This document shows, piece after piece, positions 9,181 through 19,152 of a stretch of DNA of 64,000 bases. The stretch comes from Anaerolineae bacterium. GTDB taxonomy: Bacteria; Chloroflexota; Anaerolineae; DRVO01. Location: positions 51,238 to 115,237 of the forward strand of contig JABLXR010000030.1 of the NCBI GenBank assembly GCA_013178015.1, in the 5' to 3' direction. Below the pieces are notes generated by a model. The model made no database searches and was not told the DNA's origin. It was given only the letters and a program-made list of their open reading frames with translations. The translations under genes were made by a program, and so were the position numbers. The number at the start of each line of letters is the position of its first letter. Positions within the stretch are counted from its first letter, which is position 1.

Positions 9181-10551
9181 TTGACGAGCCAGGATTGGGA
9201 CAGCGAGGAACTCAAGCGAGACGCTCTCCGATACATCCTGCCCAACTTTGCCGACAACGTGGAACTGGGCAAAGAACGTCCCTACATCTTTGTCCGGGGC
9301 GAAGGCTGCTACGTCTACGACATAGACGGCAACCGGTATCTGGACACCTTTGCTTCGCTCCTAACGACCATATCGGGCCACAACCGGCCCGAGGTGGCTC
9401 GAGCGGTGCAGGAGCAAATGAGCCAGCTGGAGTTCTTCCCCAACTACGTTGACGGGTTCACGGTTCCGGCGATCAGGTTGGCCAAGAAGCTGGCGGAGAT
9501 AGCGCCGGGGGACCTCTCGGTGACGTTCTTCGTCAACGACGGATCGGAGGCGTGCGAGACGGCCATCAAGTTGGCCAAGCAGTACTTCTGGGAGAAAGGT
9601 GAGCGGAGCCGGTACAAGATCGTGGCCCGGCGCTACTGCTACCATGGCGCGACCTATGGGGGGCTTTCGGCCACCGGGCTGCCCTGGTTCCGGGAGCCCT
9701 TCCACCCACTCACGCCAGGCTTCGTCCACGTGATGCCCCCATACTGCTATCGCTGCGAGCTGGGTCTGGAGCCTTCTTCCTGCGGCATCGCCTGTCTGCG
9801 TCAAACCGAGGAGGTCATCCGCTGGGAGGGCCCCAAGTCGGTGGCGGCGGTGATAGTAGACCCCATCGCGGGATCGAACACAGGCTATCCGGTACCGCCC
9901 GACGGCTACTTGCAGGGTCTGCGCGAGTTGTGCGACCGGTACGGCATTCTGCTCATCTTCGACGAGGTCCAGACGGGGTTCGGCAAGACGGGGAGAATGT
10001 TCGGCTGCGAGCATTGGGGTGTCGCTCCTGACATCATGGCCATTGCCAAGGGGTTCTCGGGTGGCTACCTTCCCCTGGGGGCGACCCTACTCACTCCTAG
10101 GATAGCAGAGGCTTTCAGCAAGCCGGGCTCAGAATTCAGGCACGGGCACACCTATGCCGGGCACCCCACGGCCTGCGCTGCTGCCCTGGCGAACATCGAG
10201 ATCATCGAGCGAGAAGACCTGGTGGCGCGCGCCGCTCGGATGGGCGATTACCTGAGAAGCCGGCTGGAAGACCTCTACCGCTATCCGGTGGTGGGAGACG
10301 TGCGGGGCATTGGGTTGCTGCTGGCAGTCGAACTGGTGGCCGACAGGGTGAAGAGGACCCCGATCGAGCCCTCAATGGCAGTGGGCAGCTGGATCCGGAA
10401 CCGCTGCTACGAGTTGGGTATCATCCTGCGCAACAACGGCGATATCCTGGTACTGGCACCATCGCTCATCCTTACCAAGGAGCAAGCGGACGAGACGGTG
10501 GATACACTGCACCGGGTGATTCCTGAGGCGATTGATAGGTTCGGGCTGTGA
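9181..10551 (+). CDS. Class-III pyridoxal-phosphate aminotransferase (omega-transaminase family)
   Basis: Conserved DEVQTGFGKTGRMFGCEHWGVAPDIMAIAKGFSGGYLPLGA (PLP-Lys region) and YHGATYGG motifs. Probable TTG start at 9181 (GAGGAG upstream); the ORF is open from 9028. Confidence 0.85.
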   Translation: MTSQDWDSEELKRDALRYILPNFADNVELGKERPYIFVRGEGCYVYDIDGNRYLDTFASLLTTISGHNRPEVARAVQEQMSQLEFFPNYVDGFTVPAIRLAKKLAEIAPGDLSVTFFVNDGSEACETAIKLAKQYFWEKGERSRYKIVARRYCYHGATYGGLSATGLPWFREPFHPLTPGFVHVMPPYCYRCELGLEPSSCGIACLRQTEEVIRWEGPKSVAAVIVDPIAGSNTGYPVPPDGYLQGLRELCDRYGILLIFDEVQTGFGKTGRMFGCEHWGVAPDIMAIAKGFSGGYLPLGATLLTPRIAEAFSKPGSEFRHGHTYAGHPTACAAALANIEIIEREDLVARAARMGDYLRSRLEDLYRYPVVGDVRGIGLLLAVELVADRVKRTPIEPSMAVGSWIRNRCYELGIILRNNGDILVLAPSLILTKEQADETVDTLHRVIPEAIDRFGL

Positions 10552-10674
10552 GGTTTGGTCCGGGGGCAGAACCGTGGACCGCGGGTCGGGTAGACTGCGA
10601 GGGCCGCGGCCGGACGACGTCACTGCTCGCCTGGTGGGGACATGAGGCGGGAAACTAGGGATGGGGCGTAGCGA

Positions 10675-11625
10675 ATGACCACGTTAGGTGACAGGGCCGT
10701 CCTCGGCGGCAAGAGGATGGGCATTGTGCGCTTGAGCCCCAGGGTAAGACGGAAACTGCGGAACGGCCTTCTGTTTACGTCTCCATGGCTCCTTGGCACG
10801 CTCATATTCACCATATACCCCATTGTGGCTTCTCTGTACTACAGCTTCACCGACTACAGCGTTCTCGCGTCCGGCCGGTGGGTTGGTCTCCTGAACTACC
10901 GAGTCATGTTCTTGCGAGACGAACGCTTCTACACTGCGCTCAAGAACACCCTCGTCTATGCTTGCCTTCTCGTGCCCATGAGTCTGACCCTGGGCATCAG
11001 CATCGCGGCCCTTCTGAATCTCAAGCTGAGGGGCATGGGGATATACCGCGCTGCCATCTACCTGCCCACGGTCATCCCGGCCGTAGCGGCCTCCATCGTG
11101 TGGCTGTGGCTCCTGGATCCTCAGTACGGGGTGGCGAACGACATTCTGCGGCGCCTGGGGGCACCGACGATTGGATGGCTGAGCGACCCAAAGTGGGCCA
11201 AACCCTCCCTGGTGCTTATCAGCACGTGGGGGCTGGGGACCACCGTCATCATCTATCTCGCAGGGCTCCAAGATGTACCGGTGTCGCTCTATGAGGCCGC
11301 CGAACTGGACGGTGCTGGCGTGCTGCGGCGATTCCGGCACGTGACCCTGCCCATGCTCAGCCCGACCATCTTCTTCAACTTGGTGATGACGCTCATAGGC
11401 GCGTTTGGCTACTTCACCACTGTGTTCGTGCTCACTCGAGGGCAGGGAGGGCCAGTGGACTCCACGCTGGTCTACTCCCTTCTGCTCTATAACAACGCCT
11501 TCGTCTACTACAAGATGGGCTACGCTTCCGCCATGGCCTGGATTCTCTTCATCATGGTGTCACTGGTCACCTACCTGGTGTTCAGAAGCTCCGGTCGGTG
11601 GGTGTACTACGGGGGTGGCGGGTGA
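10675..11625 (+). CDS. ABC transporter permease (MalF/UgpA-like, binding-protein-dependent inner membrane component)
   Basis: Six TM helices and the EAA loop EAAELDGAGVLRRFRHVTLPMLSP. Adjacent to a second permease. Confidence 0.85.
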   Translation: MTTLGDRAVLGGKRMGIVRLSPRVRRKLRNGLLFTSPWLLGTLIFTIYPIVASLYYSFTDYSVLASGRWVGLLNYRVMFLRDERFYTALKNTLVYACLLVPMSLTLGISIAALLNLKLRGMGIYRAAIYLPTVIPAVAASIVWLWLLDPQYGVANDILRRLGAPTIGWLSDPKWAKPSLVLISTWGLGTTVIIYLAGLQDVPVSLYEAAELDGAGVLRRFRHVTLPMLSPTIFFNLVMTLIGAFGYFTTVFVLTRGQGGPVDSTLVYSLLLYNNAFVYYKMGYASAMAWILFIMVSLVTYLVFRSSGRWVYYGGGG

Positions 11626-12524
11626 GTACCGAACAACTGCGCTCGGCGGAGCAGACGTCATACCTGAAGGTCACCCTGGGCTGGAAGGCGCGGCGGCGGG
11701 CTCGGAGGGCTCTGGAAGCCGTGTTCGGGTATCTGCTTCTCACGCTGGTGGCCGCGGCGTTCCTCGTGCCGTTCGTGCGCATGGCAACTACGTCTCTCAT
11801 GCCTGTGGAGCAGATCCTGGAAGTGCCCCTGACCTGGGTGCCCCGGCGCTACATCTGGTCAAACTACCCCGCTGCACTGATCTACTTCCCCTTCTTTCTC
11901 TTTCTGCGCAACACCATGATCATCTGTGTCTTCACCGTGGTGGCCACGGTGGCGTCGTGTGCCCTGGTGGCCTACGGCTTCTCTCGAATCAGCTGGCCCG
12001 GACGCAACCTGGTGTTCGCCATTCTGATTGCCACCATGATGATCCCATACCATGTCACTCTGATCCCGACCTTCTTGATCTACAAGTGGCTGCGATGGCT
12101 GGACACCCTGAAGCCCCTGACGATCCCTGCTCTCACCGGCAGTGCCTTCTACATCTTCCTCCTCCGCCAGTTCTTCATGACTATCCCCAATGATCTGTCA
12201 GAGATGGCGGAGATGGACGGCGCGGGTGACTTCCGGGTCTTCTGGAACATGATCCTGCCCCTCTCCAAACCGGCGCTGTCTGCGGTGGCGGTGTTCACCT
12301 TCCTGGGAAGCTGGAATGACTTCCTCTGGCCCCTGCTGGTGCTGAACAGCGAGGACAAGTACACGCTGTCGCTGGGGCTCTATCGCTACATCGGTCGCTA
12401 CAGCGCCCAGTGGGGCCTGCTCATGGCTGCCTGCACCATGGTCACCGTGCCGGTGATCGTGCTGTTCTTCGTGGCCCAAAGGTATTTCGTTCAGGGCATC
12501 ACGCTGACCGGCATCAAGGGGTAG
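11622..12524 (+). CDS. ABC transporter permease (MalG/UgpE-like)
   Basis: EAA loop EMAEMDGAGDFRVFWNMILPLSKPAL. GTG start overlaps the upstream stop (GTGA). TM-rich. Confidence 0.85.
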   Translation: MSTEQLRSAEQTSYLKVTLGWKARRRARRALEAVFGYLLLTLVAAAFLVPFVRMATTSLMPVEQILEVPLTWVPRRYIWSNYPAALIYFPFFLFLRNTMIICVFTVVATVASCALVAYGFSRISWPGRNLVFAILIATMMIPYHVTLIPTFLIYKWLRWLDTLKPLTIPALTGSAFYIFLLRQFFMTIPNDLSEMAEMDGAGDFRVFWNMILPLSKPALSAVAVFTFLGSWNDFLWPLLVLNSEDKYTLSLGLYRYIGRYSAQWGLLMAACTMVTVPVIVLFFVAQRYFVQGITLTGIKG

Positions 12525-12674
12525 CCACATAGCCACGGAAGACGCAGAGACTCAGCGCAAAGGAGCCGTGACTCGCCGGAGGGAGGGGGCCCGAGGAATC
12601 AGGGGACGGACAGTGTACCGTGGTCTGCCCCTCTTTGCTGCCTCCCTCTATGGCTCATTCCCCAGGAGGTGGCA

Positions 12675-13463
12675 ATGGCGTCCGTAAGCATGAAAGACGT
12701 AGGTTGGGTATGGGAAGGCCAGGGCATGGACCCGGGCGTCCCTCCCTCGGTGTTCGGCGTGGGCGAAGGAGCGGAGTTCTTCGGTCTGCGCCGGGCGATC
12801 TACATCTTCCACCCCAACGACGACCTCGGGCTGGGGAAACTCAGCCACCTGGACGAAGTCGCGTGCGACATCTCCAAGTGGAAGTTCGAAGAGACGAGTC
12901 GGGGAAGCTGGAAGAACTACATCGACTCCAGACCAGACGTGGTCCGGGCCGAGGCCGAGAACCTGAGCCGGCTGTCCCTCAAGTATCGCAACGTCACCGG
13001 CGGCTTCCACGACGATATGTGGGGCCTGGTCAAGCGAGAGGGCTACACCCCGCAGCAGTACGCGGACATCCACGCCGCCCTGCGCAGCGCCAACCCCGAC
13101 CTCAAGCTGTGGGTGGTGGTCTACACCCACGAGCTAGATCCGGCCAACTGGCAGCCCTTCCTTCCCTACATAGATGTCGTCAACCTGTGGGTGTGGAACG
13201 CGAAGGAGCTGCCGGGCTTGGAGGATGCCGTCAGGCGGTGCCGGGCGATCTTCCCGGGCAGGCCTCTGAACGTGGGCTGCTACCTGCGCGACTACCCCAC
13301 GGCTGCGCCCGTGCCTATGGACCTGCTCAAGCTGCAGTGGGAGTACGTCCGTCGCGGCCTCGATGGGGGCGAGATAGACGGCTTTTCCATCCTCGCGACG
13401 GTGCTGATAGACGGGCAGCAGGAGCAGGCCGAGTGGGTGCGCAGATTCATCGCTGCGCACTAG
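12675..13463 (+). CDS. Hypothetical protein (possible TIM-barrel glycosidase-like fold, unassigned)
   Basis: AGGAGGTGG Shine-Dalgarno before the ATG at 12675 (the ORF is open from GTG 12669). Alternating hydrophobic strand motifs (VVVYTHELDP, IDVVNLWVW, NVGCYL) suggest a beta/alpha barrel. No confident family assignment. Confidence 0.55.
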   Translation: MASVSMKDVGWVWEGQGMDPGVPPSVFGVGEGAEFFGLRRAIYIFHPNDDLGLGKLSHLDEVACDISKWKFEETSRGSWKNYIDSRPDVVRAEAENLSRLSLKYRNVTGGFHDDMWGLVKREGYTPQQYADIHAALRSANPDLKLWVVVYTHELDPANWQPFLPYIDVVNLWVWNAKELPGLEDAVRRCRAIFPGRPLNVGCYLRDYPTAAPVPMDLLKLQWEYVRRGLDGGEIDGFSILATVLIDGQQEQAEWVRRFIAAH

Positions 13464-13541
13464 GCACCCGGTGCTGCGGCGACCTAGGCGTGCTGTGTCC
13501 CCCTGCACAGGAGCGGCGTATCCGGCCACAGGAGGCGTGTT

Positions 13542-14738
13542 GTGACTAGACTGAAGATCGCTGTCGTGGGCGCTGGAGTGGGGAGAGCGCAGAGTTGGAT
13601 GTCCACGCTGCGGAAGCTGTCCCAGCTTAGCGACCTCTACCAGTTCACGGCCTTGTGTGAGGCCATCCCGAAGCGGGCCAGGGAGAACGCCGAGCGCTGG
13701 GGGGTGAAAGGCTTCACCAACCTGCTGGCGATGCTGGACGAGGCGAAGCCCGACGTAGTCCTCAATTGCGCCCCCTCGGACAGCAACTCGATGGTGCTCG
13801 GCCTCTGTGCCCCGCGAGGGGTGAACCTGATCACCGAGATACCCATCGCGCCCACGCTTGGCATCGGTGACTGGATGATGGCCATGGCGAAGGAGCACGG
13901 CATCAAGCTCGAGATCACCGAGCAGGTCTACCTGTGGGCCCGGGAGCAGCTGAAGCGCAAGATACTCGACTCCGGAATCATCGGCGAGATCACGCACGCC
14001 CGGCTCTGGTACGTGAACAAGGCGGACTACCATGGGCTCAATGGCGTGCGTATGCTGATCGGCAGCGAGGCCAGGCGGGTGTTGGGCTATACCGGCAGGG
14101 CTCCGGTGCCCCACTTCGTCGGCTACGAGGGCGACCTGGTGACCGAGGATGCCTGGGACGCGGCCATCATTGAGTTCGACAGCGGAGTCGTCTGTCTCTT
14201 CGAAGACCCGCCCAGGGGGCGGCTTACCGCCCGCTGGGACATCGAGGGGAGTGAAGGCCAGATAGTGGGCAGCGACCTCTACATCGGTCCTCTGGAGGGT
14301 GCGTCTCAGCACTACCCGTTCCGACACGAGTACACTGAAGCCAACGGCACCAGGATTCTTGACCATGTGCGCGTGGACACCTCTCCGCCCATCGTGTTCG
14401 AGAATCCATACAAGGAGTACCAGGCAGCCGATGACGACGAAGTGGCACGCATGCAGCTTCTGGTCGGCTTCCACCGGGCGGTCACCGAAGATACCGAGCC
14501 CGAGTACGGGCCGCAGAACGCGCGCAAGGATCTAGAGCTGCTGTTCGCTCTGCGGGAGAGCGCGCGCCTCGGCAACGCTTGGGTCGAGCTGCCGCTGCGC
14601 GGACCGACGGAACTGGAGAAGCGGCTCGAAGAGGAGTTCCTTCGCCTGTACGGTCACTCGCCATTCGACGCCCAGGCGCTGGCCGGCGTGCGCATCCCCC
14701 GCGGTGGAGTGCGTTGGCGCGTGGCCGGTTGGGACTAG
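13542..14738 (+). CDS. Gfo/Idh/MocA-family NAD(P)-dependent oxidoreductase
   Basis: N-terminal Rossmann motif KIAVVGAGVGRAQ. Family-typical length and a C-terminal alpha/beta domain. GTG start with CAGGAGG Shine-Dalgarno. Confidence 0.85.
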   Translation: MTRLKIAVVGAGVGRAQSWMSTLRKLSQLSDLYQFTALCEAIPKRARENAERWGVKGFTNLLAMLDEAKPDVVLNCAPSDSNSMVLGLCAPRGVNLITEIPIAPTLGIGDWMMAMAKEHGIKLEITEQVYLWAREQLKRKILDSGIIGEITHARLWYVNKADYHGLNGVRMLIGSEARRVLGYTGRAPVPHFVGYEGDLVTEDAWDAAIIEFDSGVVCLFEDPPRGRLTARWDIEGSEGQIVGSDLYIGPLEGASQHYPFRHEYTEANGTRILDHVRVDTSPPIVFENPYKEYQAADDDEVARMQLLVGFHRAVTEDTEPEYGPQNARKDLELLFALRESARLGNAWVELPLRGPTELEKRLEEEFLRLYGHSPFDAQALAGVRIPRGGVRWRVAGWD

Positions 14739-14766
14739 CCAACCACTCACTACGTAGGAGGGCATT

Positions 14767-17532
14767 GTGTCGGAGAATGGGCCCATCGCCAGGAGTGACA
14801 GGCTCTGGTGGCATGATTGCCAGGAAGGACGGAGCGATGCCGTCCTGCCCCCTTGGACACCCCTGGCGGTCTCGCTAGAGGATGGCACAATGACCGTTGA
14901 GGCATGGGGCCGCTGCTATGCCTTCAGCGGGCTGCCCTTCCCCAAGGGCGTCGTTTCCACCGAAAGCGACATCCTCGCCGGGCCGGTACGGCTCGTCACA
15001 GTGGTGGAGGGCAGGGAGCAGTCGTGGTCGGGCCGACGGCTGGAGATCGCCCAGCAGAGCGAGGCCAGGGTGACCCTTCGATCGGCCGCCGAGGCGGCTG
15101 ACCTGGAGCTCGAGGCGCAGGTGAGCGTGGAGTACGACGGCATGGTCCGGGTGGATTGGCAGGCCATCCCCAGGCGTTCGCTCCGCCTCGACCGGCTCGT
15201 CCTCGAGATTCCGTTCAAGCCAGAGCACGCCGGCTACCTGTACTTCTTCCCTGGCCGGTGGGCCAGCACCTATAACGCCATGGCTCTGCCCCCAGAGGGC
15301 AAGGCCATGCCCTTCCAGCCACTCGTCTGGCTGGGGAGCGAGGACCGCGGCCTGGCTTGGTTCTGCGAGAGCGACCACAACTGGCTGAGCGACGAGTCCG
15401 ATGCCGTGACCGAGATCGAGCGCCGGGACGACCGCGTCATCCTCCGGCTGAACATAGTCAAACGGCCGGTGGAACTCGTTCCTGGAGCCCCCAAGCTGGA
15501 CCGGCAGCGGGCGCTCACCCCCACCGAGCCGGTGGGCGAGTTGGCCTACACGTTCGGCTTCCAGGCTACGCCGGTGAAGCAGCCGGACAAGGATGCCTGG
15601 GACTACCGCCTGACGCACAACGGCGACTACGGCATCGAGTCCATCCCGGCCGACTTCGCCACCCTCACCTACAGCGCCTGGGGCAACGTGACCTTGGACC
15701 GGGGTAGCCTGGAGCTGTGGCTGCAGCCGGTCTTCGGCTTCACGTATGACTATGGACAGAGGCGGCCCATCGTCAGCCTCGACCTCCCGGGGGAGGCCGG
15801 TCTAGCGTGGTTCTGGAACCAGAACGACCGCAAGGTGCACTTCCAAGTGCGCGAGCAGGGTCGGGTGGTGGCGGACCTCTCCGGACCGGCCGATTGGCGG
15901 CCGGGCCAGTGGCACCATCTGGCCACCACCTGGGGCGAGGCCCTCAGGCTCTACGTGGACGGGGACCTGGTCTCAGAGACGAAGAGGCGGGGGACGGTGG
16001 AGGCTCCCCTCGCCAACGCCTTGCTGGTGTTCGGTGGCTCGCTGTGCGGGTTTACTCTGGATGAAATCCGCACCTCTTGGATCGCTCGCTCCCCCGAGGA
16101 GATCGAAGCCGCTGCCGGCGGTGCGTTCCCGTACGACAGTGAGGACGTGCACGTCCTTTTGCTGGATCACCTGGACAACACCTATGACCCCGGGAACATT
16201 GAGCACCTGGACAGCTATGGCACCTTCACCCGGCCTGCGATCTTCGGGCGTCGGTTCGGGGGGCAGGCAGGCAGGGACGCCGTCCGCTACGTCAACGGAT
16301 ACACCGGCATGGGCTTGGTGGATGGCGCGGGCCGCTTCGTGCCGGGCAAGTTCGGGCAGGGCCTGCAGCTAGGGGGCTGGCAGGAGCCAGTGCTAGACCG
16401 GCTCGCGCGCGAGGGCGTCAGGGGGGTCTGCTTCCACGAACACTGGACCGACTGGCAATCCTACCCGTGCACGGACAAGTATGCCGCCGAGATGCGCAGC
16501 CTGGTGCAAGGCTGCCACGAGCGGGACATCCAGCTGCTGCTCTACTATGGCTTCGACTTCTCGGCCCTGGCGCCGGAGTTCGAGGCCTACCACGAGGAGT
16601 GCCTGGTGAAGCCGCACCACGGCGGACGCACCTATACCTGCACCCCGGCGCCCTTGCAGCGCACTTTCACCGTCTGCTACCAGAGCGTGTGGCAGGATGC
16701 CATCGTGGCCGGTATCGCCCACATGATGGATGAGTACGACGTGGACGGCGTCTACCTAGACGGCACTGAGTATCCGCACGCCTGCGCCAACCTGGCCCAC
16801 GGCTGCGGGTACGTGCGCGAGGATGGCAGTGTGGCTCAGACGTACCCCATCTTCGCCACCCGGGAGATCATGCGCCGCATCTACACCGTGGTGAAGTCTC
16901 GCAAGCCCGACGGCCAGGTGAACGTGCACAACTCCACCTGCATGACCATCCCCACCATTGCCTGGGCCACCAGCTTGTGGGACGGGGAGCAGTTCGGTCA
17001 CATAGAACCTGGGCCGCACGCGCTGACGGTACTGCCGCTGGACGCCTTCCGCACCGAGTTCATGGGGCACCAGTGGGGCGTGCCGGGGGAGTTCCTCTGC
17101 TACGAACGGCCCTTTACCTACCAGCAGTCGCTCTCGGTGACGCTCCTGCATGATGTCCCAGTGCGGCCCATAGGCGCCGGCCCTAACCTCGACGTGGCGG
17201 GCAAGCTCTGGCGCACCATGGATGCTTTCGGGCGCAAGGAGGCGGAGTGGCTGCCCTACTGGCGCAACCAGGGGTTCGTTCAGGTAAGCCCTGAGGGTGC
17301 CCTGGCCAGCCTGTACCGCCACCCGGAGAACGGCGTCCTGATGGTGCTCTCCAACCTGGGACGCAGGTCAGCGCCGGTCACAGCGCGATTGAACCTGGAG
17401 CAGCTTGGGCTGGGAGTGGGCGCGATTGCCACGGACGCGATGAGCGGCGAGGTGCTCCCCTTGCGCGAGGGGGCCTTGCGGGTGGACTTGCCTTCTATGG
17501 GCTGGGTGCTGGCCTGGCTGAAGCAGCGGTGA
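14767..17532 (+). CDS. Large (921 aa) multidomain protein: N-terminal beta-rich domain, central LamG/concanavalin-A-like domain, C-terminal putative glycoside-hydrolase-like catalytic region
   Basis: The LamG-like pattern WHHLATTWGEALRLYVDGDLVSE...ALLVFGGS is recognisable. The C-terminal half is rich in aromatic and acidic residues, typical of carbohydrate-active enzymes (GVYLDGTEYPHACANLAHGCGY). GTG start with AGGAGGG Shine-Dalgarno. No signal peptide is evident. Confidence 0.7.
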   Translation: MSENGPIARSDRLWWHDCQEGRSDAVLPPWTPLAVSLEDGTMTVEAWGRCYAFSGLPFPKGVVSTESDILAGPVRLVTVVEGREQSWSGRRLEIAQQSEARVTLRSAAEAADLELEAQVSVEYDGMVRVDWQAIPRRSLRLDRLVLEIPFKPEHAGYLYFFPGRWASTYNAMALPPEGKAMPFQPLVWLGSEDRGLAWFCESDHNWLSDESDAVTEIERRDDRVILRLNIVKRPVELVPGAPKLDRQRALTPTEPVGELAYTFGFQATPVKQPDKDAWDYRLTHNGDYGIESIPADFATLTYSAWGNVTLDRGSLELWLQPVFGFTYDYGQRRPIVSLDLPGEAGLAWFWNQNDRKVHFQVREQGRVVADLSGPADWRPGQWHHLATTWGEALRLYVDGDLVSETKRRGTVEAPLANALLVFGGSLCGFTLDEIRTSWIARSPEEIEAAAGGAFPYDSEDVHVLLLDHLDNTYDPGNIEHLDSYGTFTRPAIFGRRFGGQAGRDAVRYVNGYTGMGLVDGAGRFVPGKFGQGLQLGGWQEPVLDRLAREGVRGVCFHEHWTDWQSYPCTDKYAAEMRSLVQGCHERDIQLLLYYGFDFSALAPEFEAYHEECLVKPHHGGRTYTCTPAPLQRTFTVCYQSVWQDAIVAGIAHMMDEYDVDGVYLDGTEYPHACANLAHGCGYVREDGSVAQTYPIFATREIMRRIYTVVKSRKPDGQVNVHNSTCMTIPTIAWATSLWDGEQFGHIEPGPHALTVLPLDAFRTEFMGHQWGVPGEFLCYERPFTYQQSLSVTLLHDVPVRPIGAGPNLDVAGKLWRTMDAFGRKEAEWLPYWRNQGFVQVSPEGALASLYRHPENGVLMVLSNLGRRSAPVTARLNLEQLGLGVGAIATDAMSGEVLPLREGALRVDLPSMGWVLAWLKQR

Positions 17533-17572
17533 GAGTAGCGGTGCTGCTCATCCGGACGCGAGAGGAGATCGC

Positions 17573-19060
17573 ATGGGAGAAGTGCCTGACGAGGTGTACG
17601 AGCTACTGGCGATGACCGGCTCCAGAGCGACGGGGGCCTTCTGTGTCCTGGACCAGTCTGACGTGGACCGCCTGGCAGAGGCGGCGCTCACCATTCTCGA
17701 CCGGCTGGGCATGACCTGTCAGAGCCCCACTCTGCTCAAGGCTCTGGAAAGCTGGGGGGCGCGGGTGGATCTGGCGGCTCAGCAGGTCACCTTCCCCCGC
17801 TCCCTGGTAGAGGATTTCGTCCGTAGGACGCGAGCAGAGGCTCAACCCGACAATGCCGCCCCGGCGTTCTTCCGGGCGCCGCCCATGCCCTGGACCTTCC
17901 ATCCCCTGGCGGTCTACTTCTATGACGACGCCGGGCAGCAGAAGCGGGCTGGCAATCGAGATGACTTCATAGCCATGACCAAACTCGGCGACGTCCTGCA
18001 CCCCGAGCGCGGCGTGGGCCATTCCCTGCTGCTCTCCGACGTTCCCTCCGAGGTGGAGCCGCTCGAGGCAGCCCTCCTGCTGTGCGAGTGGGGGCACCGG
18101 CCGCGCGGGGTCTACGTCCAGGATGTGCGCCAGATCCCCTACCTGCAGGAGATGGAGGACATCGCCGGCATCAGCGACCCATACTGGCACTGGATGGCGA
18201 ACGTGAGCTTCTCCACCCCCTTGCGGCTGGGGCGCGACATCGCCGAACGGTTCGTGCGCATGGTGAGAAGCGGGCACTACCCGGCCCAGGTCTACAACTT
18301 CGCTGTCAGCGGGGTCAATATGCCGGCCACCGTGGCTGGGTGTGCTGCTCTGGCCGGGGCAGAGCTGCTTGCCCTGTGGATGGCGGCCCGAGCGCTGAGC
18401 CCGGATATCTCTCTGGAGGGAGGGCTGGCCTGGATCGCCACGGCGGACATGCGCACCGGGGACATCAGCTACTCCGGATACGACGCCACCATACGCAGCC
18501 TGGCCACCTGTGAGTTCCTCCGTCGCTGGACGGGCGTGACCGTCTCGCCGGGCGGCGGTGAGTACAACCCTTCCAGCATTCCCGGTACCTACACCGCTCT
18601 GGAGAAGGCGTACCGGGCCATGACCGTGGCTGCCTTCACCGGCGTGCACCCGGCGGTGGGGCTGGGGCACGTCGAGGCCGGACTCAGCCTGAGCCCCGTC
18701 CAACTCCTGCTGGACCGCGAGGTCACTGCCGGACTGGGCCTGCTAGAGCATCCGCCGGTGGACGAGGACACCTTGGGTCTGGACACCATCCTCTCGGTGG
18801 GCCATGGCGAGCACGGCACCTATCTGGAGACGGAACACACCCTGCGTCACTTCCGCTCCGCTCTGTGGCAGCCACGCCTCTTCGACCGGGGCGGGTGGGC
18901 TGGCATCGAGTCGGAGCAGGCAGTGCTGGCTCGGGCCCAGGATCGCGTCCGGGAACTGCTCGCCGAATATCGGAAGCCCGAGTTCGACCCGGACCGCTTG
19001 GAGAAGATGCGGGCTGTGGTGGCCCGGGCACGGCGCGAGATGCAGGGGGATCGTGGATAG
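17573..19060 (+). CDS. MttB-superfamily methyltransferase (trimethylamine methyltransferase family, non-pyrrolysine member)
   Basis: Length (~495 aa) and N-terminal pattern (LSDSDVDRLAEAALTILDRLGM...LLKALESWGA) match the MttB/MtgB family. The ORF is continuous with no in-frame amber codon. A paralog lies at 58313-59722 (alignable throughout). Confidence 0.8.
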   Translation: MGEVPDEVYELLAMTGSRATGAFCVLDQSDVDRLAEAALTILDRLGMTCQSPTLLKALESWGARVDLAAQQVTFPRSLVEDFVRRTRAEAQPDNAAPAFFRAPPMPWTFHPLAVYFYDDAGQQKRAGNRDDFIAMTKLGDVLHPERGVGHSLLLSDVPSEVEPLEAALLLCEWGHRPRGVYVQDVRQIPYLQEMEDIAGISDPYWHWMANVSFSTPLRLGRDIAERFVRMVRSGHYPAQVYNFAVSGVNMPATVAGCAALAGAELLALWMAARALSPDISLEGGLAWIATADMRTGDISYSGYDATIRSLATCEFLRRWTGVTVSPGGGEYNPSSIPGTYTALEKAYRAMTVAAFTGVHPAVGLGHVEAGLSLSPVQLLLDREVTAGLGLLEHPPVDEDTLGLDTILSVGHGEHGTYLETEHTLRHFRSALWQPRLFDRGGWAGIESEQAVLARAQDRVRELLAEYRKPEFDPDRLEKMRAVVARARREMQGDRG

Positions 19061-19152
19061 GGCGTGATGGCGAGCGGTGAGTCACTGGCAAAGAGTGCTG
19101 GCTTACGGACCGCTATCCACTCACCACTCACCACTGTCTAGGAGAGAGCAAC

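Noticed and set aside
17573-19060. Pyrrolysine (in-frame UAG) in the MttB homologs
   Set aside because: Both MttB-family ORFs are uninterrupted by TAG, and no pyl genes are seen. They are non-Pyl family members.
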